Assembly (NCBI GenBank): GCA_021203205.1
Contig: JAJQBQ010000044.1
Location: 149,630 to 173,629 of the forward strand
Length of the DNA stretch: 24,000 nucleotides
Source of the DNA: Lachnospiraceae bacterium
GTDB taxonomy: Bacteria > Bacillota > Clostridia > Lachnospirales > Lachnospiraceae
Reading direction: 5' to 3'
The translations under genes and the position numbers were made by a program. Below, in pieces: positions 16,547 through 24,000 of the stretch. Numbering within the stretch: the first letter of the stretch is position 1; every line of letters begins with the position of its first letter. The notes below the pieces were generated by a model, which saw only the letters and a program-made list of their open reading frames with translations, searched no databases and was not told the origin of the DNA.

Positions 16547-18328
16547 ATGGCGCAGCGAACCGTATGTCTGTGTGACGGAAAATATGTAGGAATCGAGACG
16601 ATTTTCACGGTTGTCGACGGCAGGCAGATCAATATTCCGGGAAAGGTAGAGGAACTTCGTGCCAGAAGCCGGAAGAACGAATTGTTTTGTCCCTGTGGCT
16701 GCGGGTCCAACCTGATCCTTGTGGCCGGGGACAAAAACCTCCGTGAGCAGCATTTTCGCCTGAAAGACGGCGCATCGAATGCGAATTGCAGCGCGGTCAC
16801 GGAGGGCAACATATCGCTGAATTCCAAAATTGTTCTGAAATGCTGGCTGGACGACAAGCTTCACGCCACAGACCTGGAGACGCGTGTACCGGTCCGGTCA
16901 CTGGAAAACGGATCCTCGAATTCAAAAAACGGCGGCAGGAAGTATGAATTTTCCTTCCTTTCAGCAGAAAAGAAAATTGCGCTGAGTTACACGCATGAGA
17001 GAGCGAATCTCTCTGATGAAAAGTTTGATGCGTTGGAAAGTAATCAGCAGGAAATTCAAATCCTGTATGTGGTGGATGAGGCAAACAGCGGAAATACCGG
17101 CCAGTACCCGGAGGGGCTGATGAAGATTCAGAGGCGGCAGGGTCACCTTCTGTTTCTGAATATCAAGGGCTCGAATTATGCGGAGGCAACCCTGCATGCG
17201 GCTTTCTATGAGAAGGATATCGATGGACACTGGCAGGAACTCACGTTTGCGGAGGATGCACTGCCGCAGTTTGATATTGACGAGAACGGCGTAGTTATTT
17301 ATGCGGGAAAAGCGCTGGAACTGTATCGGGAAGATGTCCGCGACAGTTTTCGGGCAACACAGGAAGAATTAAAAAAAAGACGCGAGGAGGAAAGAAGACG
17401 CAGGGAACTTGAAGAAGAGAGGAGGAAGCAAAGGGAGAGGGAACGGCTGATTTGGGAGGAGGAGCAAAGGCGAGCCAGACGGCAGCGGGAAGAGGAAGAA
17501 AGACGAGCCAAGATACAGCAGGAGGAAGAGGAGAGACGGGCCAGAGAGTTACAGGAAGAAGAGGAAAGACGGGCATGGATGCTTCTATCGGAGGAAGAAA
17601 GGCGGGCTCGGAGACAGAAGGAAGAGGAAGAAAGACAGGCCAGAATACTGCAGGAAGAGGAAGAAAGGCGAATTCAGGCGCAGCAGGAAGAGGAACTTAA
17701 GGCGGCCCGGAAACTCCGCGAAGAAGAAGAGAGGCGACAGCGGGAAGAAGAGAGAAAACAGAGGAAAGTCGAAAATGAGCGGCTCTGGGAAGAAGAGATG
17801 GATCGCCAGAGCCTGGAACGGGCGAAAAGACGCCAGGAAGCCGCAGAGTATAGGGAAAAACGGCGGGATGATATAGAAAAGGAAAGGCAGCGCCTGGAAG
17901 AAGAGTATCAGCGACATTTAGCCGAAAGCAGGCGTCGGCGGGCGGAGCAAGAAGCCGAGGCCAGAAAACGGGACGAGGATTTCCGGCACAATATGGAGGC
18001 GCAGTTTTCACAGCAGGAACGACCGGTTTATGACCGCGATGGAAACCGCTGGATCCGCTGTGAATTTTGCGGAAAAATTGACCGGGACAGCAATTTTGTT
18101 TCCTACGGCGGGAAAAATCATGTGAATCTTGGAACCTGTAAAGAGTGCGAGTCGAACAACCCGGCGGTGCGGGAAAAGGCGGCCGCCGCGAAAATGCAGG
18201 CGGCCAGACGGCGCGACCAGAATACCTGCCCGGAGTGCGGCGGAACGCTGACCTTGAGGAATGGGCGGTTTGGCAGCTTTTATGGGTGCAGCAACTTTCC
18301 GGCGTGCAGGTATACCAGGAGAGCATAG
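16547..18328 (+). CDS. CoiA-like N-terminal (zinc ribbon plus degenerate nuclease-like) protein with long charged coiled coil, CxxC zinc ribbon and C-terminal topoisomerase-type C4 zinc finger
   Basis: GGGAGG RBS; [27 protein letters not shown]; about 240 aa of EEERRR-type repeats; CEFCGK...CKEC; [33 protein letters not shown]. Confidence 0.75.
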   Translation: MAQRTVCLCDGKYVGIETIFTVVDGRQINIPGKVEELRARSRKNELFCPCGCGSNLILVAGDKNLREQHFRLKDGASNANCSAVTEGNISLNSKIVLKCWLDDKLHATDLETRVPVRSLENGSSNSKNGGRKYEFSFLSAEKKIALSYTHERANLSDEKFDALESNQQEIQILYVVDEANSGNTGQYPEGLMKIQRRQGHLLFLNIKGSNYAEATLHAAFYEKDIDGHWQELTFAEDALPQFDIDENGVVIYAGKALELYREDVRDSFRATQEELKKRREEERRRRELEEERRKQRERERLIWEEEQRRARRQREEEERRAKIQQEEEERRARELQEEEERRAWMLLSEEERRARRQKEEEERQARILQEEEERRIQAQQEEELKAARKLREEEERRQREEERKQRKVENERLWEEEMDRQSLERAKRRQEAAEYREKRRDDIEKERQRLEEEYQRHLAESRRRRAEQEAEARKRDEDFRHNMEAQFSQQERPVYDRDGNRWIRCEFCGKIDRDSNFVSYGGKNHVNLGTCKECESNNPAVREKAAAAKMQAARRRDQNTCPECGGTLTLRNGRFGSFYGCSNFPACRYTRRA

Positions 18329-18340
18329 GGGATAATTTGA

Positions 18341-18374
18341 CTGCTGTAAAATTTGCTGTTGATTTTTACAGCAG
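18341..18374. other. Perfect 11-bp inverted repeat between the coiled-coil gene and the TA module
   Basis: CTGCTGTAAAA (18341-18351) / TTTTACAGCAG (18364-18374), 12-nt loop; weak terminator or operator. Confidence 0.45.
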
Positions 18375-18481
18375 ATTTGACTAGACTAACATCGAACGTG
18401 TGGAGAATGAGGCTGCAGTTTTATGGATGCTGTCTATATATGCTGAGCCTCGAAAATTGATATGAGTTTTGGAGGAAAACA

Positions 18482-18721
18482 ATGCCAAATATAAAACCAG
18501 TTTCTGATCTGCGCAATTATACAGAAGTACTACACGATGTAGCCTCCGGCTCTCCGGTTTTTCTTACAAAAAACGGACGGGGACGTTATGTGATTCTTGA
18601 CATGCAGGATTATGAAAAGTCTCTGGCCATGCAGAGACTTGCGAATGAGCTTTCGAAAGGGAAAAAAGCAGGAGAAGAACAGGGGTGGATTTCATCGGAT
18701 GAGATGAGAAGCCATTCGTGA
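18482..18721 (+). CDS. Phd/YefM family antitoxin
   Basis: IKPVSDLRNYTEVLHDVASGSPVFLTKNGRGRYVILDMQDYE; TTGGAGG RBS. Confidence 0.88.
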   Translation: MPNIKPVSDLRNYTEVLHDVASGSPVFLTKNGRGRYVILDMQDYEKSLAMQRLANELSKGKKAGEEQGWISSDEMRSHS

Positions 18722-18735
18722 AAGAAGGTGGAATA

Positions 18736-18957
18736 ATGAAGCGGGAAGATTATATTTCCGATGAGGAAGTTGTAAAAAGAGCTTGCGCGGCAGTAAAAAT
18801 TGAGCTGGAGAAGAAAGAAGTATTAGGGATACCGGCTGTAATATATGACCGAAAAACACAAAAAATTTATCACGTTTATGGGGATGGAACAAAAGTAGAA
18901 ATTGCCGATCGGTTAAGGAAGGGGCGTTACAGTGAGCAAATCAAACAGGAAGCCTGA
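18736..18957 (+). CDS. Small middle protein of the Phd/zeta module
   Basis: ORF opens with GTG 18718 overlapping the phd stop; ATG 18736 alternative; MKREDYISDEEVVKRACAAVKIELEKKEVLGIPAVIYDRKTQKIYHVYGDGTKVEI. Confidence 0.65.
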   Translation: MKREDYISDEEVVKRACAAVKIELEKKEVLGIPAVIYDRKTQKIYHVYGDGTKVEIADRLRKGRYSEQIKQEA

Positions 18958-19525
18958 AGTTATCGTGTTTTGCGGGCCAAACGGATCAGGAAAAAGCACG
19001 TTAACTGAACTGCTGAAACCTCCTGTGGATTACATTAATGCAGATGAGATAAAGAAGAATTTGAAGTGCACGGATCTTGAAGCAGCGCAAATTGCTGAGA
19101 AACAAAGAGAAGAACACCTCAGTCGTAGGGAAGAGTTCTGTTTCGAAACGGTTTTATCAACGGACAGAAATCTGAATCTGCTAAAAAGAGCGCGAGAACA
19201 GGGATATTTTATACGATGCTATTATGTATTAACGGCCGACCCGCTTATTAACGTTTTTCGTGTCAGATCCAGAGTCGAGGCGGGAGGGCATGATGTGCCT
19301 GAGGAAAAGATCATTTCAAGGTATGACAGAGCGCTTGCCCTGGTGAAAGAGGTAGTAAAAGTAAGTGACATATGCCATATCTATGACAATTCAGGAGATT
19401 ATCCATTTCGCATATTCAAGAAACAAAAAGACATAAATTATTATGATGAATGCGAGGACTGGCATCTTGAAGATATTGAGGTGTTGACCGGAATCTGTGA
19501 GATGGAAAAGAAAAATCTAAATTAA
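18932..19525 (+). CDS. Zeta-toxin family kinase/NTPase
   Basis: VIVFCGPNGSGKST Walker A, YINADEIKK, FCFETVLSTDRNLNLLKRAREQGYFIRCYYVLTADP; start overlaps the previous ORF by 26 nt. Confidence 0.88.
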   Translation: MSKSNRKPEVIVFCGPNGSGKSTLTELLKPPVDYINADEIKKNLKCTDLEAAQIAEKQREEHLSRREEFCFETVLSTDRNLNLLKRAREQGYFIRCYYVLTADPLINVFRVRSRVEAGGHDVPEEKIISRYDRALALVKEVVKVSDICHIYDNSGDYPFRIFKKQKDINYYDECEDWHLEDIEVLTGICEMEKKNLN

Positions 19526-19631
19526 AATATGATTTTTTTGAATATATTGATTACGTGATATTGGCGAAAATACGAGCTGACAGGATCAATTAGTTACCAT
19601 TCCTATCAGCAGATGAAGAAGCAAATTATTG

Positions 19632-19658
19632 GGGCTGACCGTAAGGTCAGTCCTTTTT
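19632..19658 (+). terminator. Intrinsic terminator of the TA module
   Basis: GGGCTGACC-GTAA-GGTCAGTCC followed by TTTTT. Confidence 0.85.
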
Positions 19659-19875
19659 ATCGGGAAAACAAGAAAAACTTCTGAACGGTTTCATAGCAAG
19701 GATTTCTGTCAGGTATCCGTATTGTTTGTGCTGGTTAAGTTGGCTACATTGAAAACCGTGTAAATAACGGCATCTCAGAGCGCTCTAATTCACCGTGCAG
19801 TATGCACTGAGTCGCCAAGCTCTACACCTTATGGCTATACAGAAATAAAAAGTAGAATTTTAAATGAAAAAGTAG

Positions 19876-19906
19876 TTGACAATCAGGGCTCGGGGGGGGG
19901 TATAAC
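19876..19906 (+). promoter_or_regulatory. Promoter with G9 homopolymer in the spacer (candidate phase-variable)
   Basis: TTGACA (19876-19881), 19-nt spacer ending in nine G (19892-19900), TATAAC (19901-19906). Confidence 0.65.
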
Positions 19907-19959
19907 ATAATTATTATAAGGCATTTATTGCCAGTTTTTTTCAAGGAGGAAAAGAAGAA

Positions 19960-21210
19960 ATGAGACAACAGAAGAAGTTATCTATGAAGGCGGCCGGAGT
20001 ACTTGTGCTGGCATGCTTTATCGCTGTTATGGCGCTTGGAACCATGACGGTGCGGGCAGACTCGTATGAGGATTGGCTGGAGGAGTATGCGACAGATGTT
20101 GACGGCACATACACCCTCACACTGGACGAGACATTAACGATTGATATTCCATCGGGAGCAGCTTTACAGTATACATTTACTCCTGAAGCAGATGGACAGT
20201 ACACATTTGATATGCAGGTGACAATCATATTTTGTGATGGTACTACAATCGATGATTATTCTATGGTCTGGGAGCGGATACCATATTATCTGGATGAAGA
20301 TGGTAAAATTTGCGCTCTTTATCCTAGCGGAGACGATGGCTCCAGCGTGTTTCTGAGCGATGATGATCTGTTTGATATGCTGGCAGGTGAGACATATTAT
20401 TTTTATTTCATTGTTGACTATGTATTTGATTATACTGAAGAGGATGCTCCCGCTCAGTCGATTATTACGGTTACTGCTACCTGCGTAGATTCAGATGATG
20501 CGACAACGACTTCAACCACAGTGGCAGATGATTCGTCATCCACTGATGCAGCAGATGATGATACAGCAGATGATGATGCAGCAGCTACGACTGCTGAGCT
20601 TGCGGCTGCAGATAAGAATGGAACTGTAATCTCGGTATATTCCAGCGAAGATGCTGCGGCAGCCGATGGCAGAACGGATGGCTATCTTGTCATTACAGCA
20701 TCGACGGAGACGGTGGATCTGACGGATGCAGACATATCCGCCATCATTGAAGCACAGATCGCCAGCGATACGGATGCGTCTGCAGACGAAATAGAAGTTC
20801 TTGAAGTAGTAGAAGTATATTATGTGGGTGATGAAAGTGCTCTGGATTTTCCGCTTACCCTTACATTTAAAGCAGACGGTGTAACGGCAGAAAATTTTGT
20901 CGGGACTCTGCACAAAGTGGATGGTGTATGGACTGCAGAAGAGGCAAGTGTTGAAACAGACGGAAGTGTGGTTGTGACAGTGAATTCTTTAAGCCCGTTT
21001 GCATTCCTTGTAAGCAGTACGGAGACAGAAGAAAATTCCACGACGGCAGAGGAGGAAGAAGGAGCAACAACTTCGGCAACTGCCACTACGGAAAGCTCAA
21101 ATCAGCAGGCGAGCAATACAGCAGACGTTTCTGTATGGGTATACCTGGTAATTCTCGCAGGCGCAGTGGTTGGTGCAGTGGTGATTGCAAAGAGGAGAGT
21201 GGAAGAATAG
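19960..21210 (+). CDS. Secreted cell-surface protein with C-terminal membrane anchor
   Basis: AAGGAGG RBS; signal peptide AAGVLVLACFIAVMALGTMTVRA; Asp/Thr/Ala-rich linkers; C-terminal VSVWVYLVILAGAVVGAVVIAKRRVEE. Confidence 0.85.
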   Translation: MRQQKKLSMKAAGVLVLACFIAVMALGTMTVRADSYEDWLEEYATDVDGTYTLTLDETLTIDIPSGAALQYTFTPEADGQYTFDMQVTIIFCDGTTIDDYSMVWERIPYYLDEDGKICALYPSGDDGSSVFLSDDDLFDMLAGETYYFYFIVDYVFDYTEEDAPAQSIITVTATCVDSDDATTTSTTVADDSSSTDAADDDTADDDAAATTAELAAADKNGTVISVYSSEDAAAADGRTDGYLVITASTETVDLTDADISAIIEAQIASDTDASADEIEVLEVVEVYYVGDESALDFPLTLTFKADGVTAENFVGTLHKVDGVWTAEEASVETDGSVVVTVNSLSPFAFLVSSTETEENSTTAEEEEGATTSATATTESSNQQASNTADVSVWVYLVILAGAVVGAVVIAKRRVEE

Positions 21211-21243
21211 ACAGGCAGGCGTTAACAGAATAGAGATTATTTG

Positions 21244-21290
21244 AAAGGGAGATGGCGCTGGCACTGCGGTGCCAGAAGCGGTCTCCCTTT
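21244..21290. other. Long compound intergenic hairpin
   Basis: AAAGGGAGA (21244-21252)/TCTCCCTTT (21282-21290) enclosing CTGGCAC-TGCG-GTGCCAG (21258-21275); no T tract. Confidence 0.6.
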
Positions 21291-21345
21291 AGACGCTGAT
21301 ATGTGAGCGACAATTAGGTGGTAAAAGAAAAAGGGGAGGAATTTT

Positions 21346-24000
21346 ATGAAACAAAACATGAAACGACTGGCCGCATTGGCGCTGGCATTGTCCATGTGCC
21401 TGTCCCTGCTGTTCAACAACGCCTGGATGGCGGAAGTCTCCGGGTACACCGAGGATGATTTTGTAGTCGAATCAACGACAGATATCGATTCGTCCGATGC
21501 AGAATCGGAGGAATACGGTGAAGTTCTCGAAGTGGAAGCGGATGCCGCCGAAGAGGAAGGCGCTGACAATATTCCTGACGATGCGCTTTCTTATAATGGC
21601 CATTACTATTACTTTTATGATGAAGCATGTACATGGTGGGATGCAAAAGAGTACTGTGAGTCAGTTGGTGGTTATCTTGTGACAATTACGACAGAAGACG
21701 AACAGAATGCCGTATATTGCTATGTAGAGGAACTCGCCGGCGATGAAGATATTTGGATTGGGATCACCGACTCAGGTACAGAAGGGGACTGGTCTACATG
21801 GATAACAGGAGAGGCCGTCACCTATACAAACTGGGGTGAAAATGAGCCTGATGATCTCGGTGGTCAGGATTATGGTGTGATTTGTACTGGATACCGAGAT
21901 GGAGGAAGTGTCTATTATATCGAACCGGCCCAATGGGATGATGTCAGTGACACAGATAATCACTTTCTTTGTGAGTGGGGTGATCTCGATGACAGCAGCG
22001 GGTCGGAGGAAGAAGATGGTCAAGATTCCAGCGCTGATTACACGTGGGTCTTTGGTCAAGATAATTTCAGCTTTTTGAACTCGAAGAAGAGTTTTGGGAG
22101 TGGAGAATATTATATCGAAGACGAAATGTTCTATTCTTATTTGGAAACCTTGACGAAAACACAAGTAATCAGAATAGCTAACGCTTATGGCGCCTATTCA
22201 TGGCTTTGGACTTATCGCAGCAAAAGAACTGTTAGATTGGAAAACTTCCTGAAGAACGAACTGGTTAATTTTGACGGTTCCTGTTACGGTATGTGCCTGG
22301 TGGCCACACTGATTAAGACAGGCAATCTTTCAGCAGAAGACCTGGGAGCCGCGACAACTTATGAACTGGGACCATTGAGCAAAGACGAAAATACCGAATT
22401 GGAATCCATCATTAATCTCTATCTAATTTCTCAGTATGTGGATACAGGCTTTGATGGTGCTGAAAAAGGAGAGGAAGATTTCGCTGAGCAAATGGAACAT
22501 ATTTGGAATGTTGCTACGACAATCGGTAGCGGGGAGCAGCCATTCCTTATGTGTTTGCATAGCGAAAGTGGTAACCATGCGGTGGTTTGTTACGGGGCAG
22601 AAACCGGTGATTTTTCCACAGGTGCTCTCTGGTGGAAGAACGAATATGATAAGCGGCTACTTATCTATAATCCTAATTCTGATAATGCAGATTATATTTA
22701 CATCAGTGAGGATTTCAGCAATGCTGAGTTGGGTAGCGATTCTGCTTATACTGGCTTTTATATCATATACGGGCTTACAGATGAAAACAATTGGAACACC
22801 TTTAGTGAATATTTGGATATTCCCCATTATGTTTATCTGGACGTGGATAATCAAAGCCTTCCAAATTATACCATCAATGCATCCGATGGCACTTATGCAA
22901 CCATTTCTAACGGTTCAGTTATAGGCGGAACTTTAGATGTGAGTATTGGCTGGGTTGCTGGAGAGTTGGCCGATGGCGAAGAAGCGGAAAATAGTTTTTA
23001 TACCGTGTGTTTACCAGATACCAGTGATTATTATACACTATCTTCTGCAGATGGAGAGTCCTTGGATGCGCTCCTGACTTATGACGATTTCTCAGTAGGT
23101 ATAAACGGAGCATTTGAGAGTGCAACAATTTACTCAAATGGAACTGTCGATATTCAAGATGGAGAAGGTGACTTGGCAGTCAACATTACTTTCAACGACA
23201 GTGATTTTGGGTATGTCAGCATTGTCGGTGAGTTAAATGGTGACGTTTTATTCCAAATCATAGATGATACCATCTACATTATTGGCGACTTGTCAAATTA
23301 TCTTGTAGAGAATATGGACAACAACTATGAGACATCTACGGTTTACGTGGAAGATGATATAGATGTTCAGGCTTTGATGGAAGATGATACAGTCGTGCTC
23401 TACGAAGATACCGACGGTGACGGAGAATATGAAACAAGTCTGCCTCATACTCATTACTATATTTACACAGATAATGGCGATGGCACTCATACCGCAACCT
23501 GCATCGGGGATGACGACAATTTCACAGAGGCACACACCTGGGACGAAGGGAATGTTACAATTGAACCTACTTGCATCGAGGAAGGCGTAATGACCTACAC
23601 TTGCTCTGTCTGCGGCGAAACCAAAACAGAGGCTATCGCAGCCACCGGCCACACTTGGGATGAAGGTGTAATGACACAGGAGTCTACCACTGAAACGGAA
23701 GGTGTGATGACCTACATCTGCACGGTATGCGGTGAGACCTGCACCGCGTTTATTGCGGCTTTGGAATTTGAGCAGGAGGGTGGTGGAGAGAATACCGGGG
23801 AGGATGCGGGTGAAACAAGCTGCTCATCTAAAACCACTTCTTCCAAAAATGAATCTTCCGAGAGCAGTCCCTCCAAGAGCGAGACATCTGTAGTCAAGAC
23901 CGGGGACAGTGCGAACCTGATTCTGTGGGAAGTGCTGGCAGGGATTGCTCTGCTGGCGATGGCCGCGATTCTGCTGACCAAACGCACGATTCAGCCGTGA
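21346..24000 (+). CDS. Large surface protein: signal peptide, C-type lectin domain, putative papain-like cysteine peptidase, GHTW-type repeats, degenerate sorting signal/TM anchor
   Basis: CTLD: ALSYNGHYYYFYDEACTWWDAKEYCESVGGYLVTITTEDEQNAV...WIGITDSGTEGDWSTWITGEAVTYTNWGENEPDD...HFLCEW; C313 in NFDGSCYGMCLVATLI, H411 in GNHAVVCYG, N442 in LLIYNPNSD; C-terminus VVKTGDSANLILWEVLAGIALLAMAAILLTKRTIQP. Stop codon ends exactly at base 24000. Confidence 0.8.
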   Translation: MKQNMKRLAALALALSMCLSLLFNNAWMAEVSGYTEDDFVVESTTDIDSSDAESEEYGEVLEVEADAAEEEGADNIPDDALSYNGHYYYFYDEACTWWDAKEYCESVGGYLVTITTEDEQNAVYCYVEELAGDEDIWIGITDSGTEGDWSTWITGEAVTYTNWGENEPDDLGGQDYGVICTGYRDGGSVYYIEPAQWDDVSDTDNHFLCEWGDLDDSSGSEEEDGQDSSADYTWVFGQDNFSFLNSKKSFGSGEYYIEDEMFYSYLETLTKTQVIRIANAYGAYSWLWTYRSKRTVRLENFLKNELVNFDGSCYGMCLVATLIKTGNLSAEDLGAATTYELGPLSKDENTELESIINLYLISQYVDTGFDGAEKGEEDFAEQMEHIWNVATTIGSGEQPFLMCLHSESGNHAVVCYGAETGDFSTGALWWKNEYDKRLLIYNPNSDNADYIYISEDFSNAELGSDSAYTGFYIIYGLTDENNWNTFSEYLDIPHYVYLDVDNQSLPNYTINASDGTYATISNGSVIGGTLDVSIGWVAGELADGEEAENSFYTVCLPDTSDYYTLSSADGESLDALLTYDDFSVGINGAFESATIYSNGTVDIQDGEGDLAVNITFNDSDFGYVSIVGELNGDVLFQIIDDTIYIIGDLSNYLVENMDNNYETSTVYVEDDIDVQALMEDDTVVLYEDTDGDGEYETSLPHTHYYIYTDNGDGTHTATCIGDDDNFTEAHTWDEGNVTIEPTCIEEGVMTYTCSVCGETKTEAIAATGHTWDEGVMTQESTTETEGVMTYICTVCGETCTAFIAALEFEQEGGGENTGEDAGETSCSSKTTSSKNESSESSPSKSETSVVKTGDSANLILWEVLAGIALLAMAAILLTKRTIQP
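23530..23765 (+). repeat. Two tandem GHTW/CxxCG-type repeats inside the surface protein
   Basis: HTWDEGNVTIEPTCIEEGVMTYTCSVCGETKTEAIAATG / HTWDEGVMTQESTTETEGVMTYICTVCGETCTAFIAALE. Confidence 0.75.

Noticed and set aside
17697-18326. 209-aa minus-strand ORF, plus many Pro/Arg/Ser-rich antisense ORFs (e.g. 17585-17917, 5538-5987, 5834-6271, 11426-11758)
   Set aside because: Shadow ORFs antisense to well-supported genes; low-complexity composition mirrors the codon bias of the sense strand and no domain or good RBS was seen.
21590-21990. Diversity-generating retroelement target (C-type lectin fold)
   Set aside because: The CTLD is of canonical type in the N-terminal part; no reverse transcriptase, Avd or template repeat is present in the window.
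22436-22924. 162-aa plus-strand ORF (and 20536-20913, 21772-22164 minus)
   Set aside because: Out-of-frame inside convincingly coding surface-protein genes.
1-24000. CRISPR arrays, tRNA/rRNA genes, IS transposases, integrases, retron RTs
   Set aside because: Looked for regular spaced repeats, cloverleaf/GTTCRA signatures and hallmark protein motifs; none found in this window.

Overview
Low-to-mid GC Firmicutes (probably Lachnospiraceae-like) accessory/chromosomal segment. Taxonomy is inferred from protein style only. From left to right: the 3' end of a DUF4143-type ATPase gene; an FtsX-like permease and two further membrane or membrane-anchored proteins; a BlaI/MecI-type repressor with a twin CTACA-TGTAG operator lying on its own promoter, followed by an M56 (BlaR1-like) metalloprotease with a non-PBP C-terminal region; a membrane protein; a reverse-strand HEPN/MNT (HepT/MntA-like) toxin-antitoxin pair; a DUF2975 protein with a long structured leader, then an Xre-type regulator and two small secreted/membrane proteins; a protein with an IscB/RRXRR-like N-terminal signature; a candidate orphan small-RNA gene with near-consensus promoter and intrinsic terminator; an orphan PBECR-like nuclease; a large TOTE-type primase-helicase-PLD-like protein followed by a small acidic protein and a CoiA-like/zinc-ribbon coiled-coil protein; a Phd / small protein / zeta-kinase module; and two cell-surface proteins behind a promoter whose -35/-10 spacer contains a G9 tract (candidate phase-variable promoter). 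The second surface protein combines a C-type lectin domain with a putative papain-like cysteine protease. Strongest candidates for novelty: the TOTE-helicase neighbourhood (13131-18328), the G9 promoter (19876-19906), the orphan sRNA (about 12073-12224, minus), the dispersed degenerate intergenic element family (three copies), and the lectin-protease fusion. No CRISPR array, tRNA, rRNA, integrase or transposase was recognised. All family calls are by eye from motifs and need HMM or structure confirmation.
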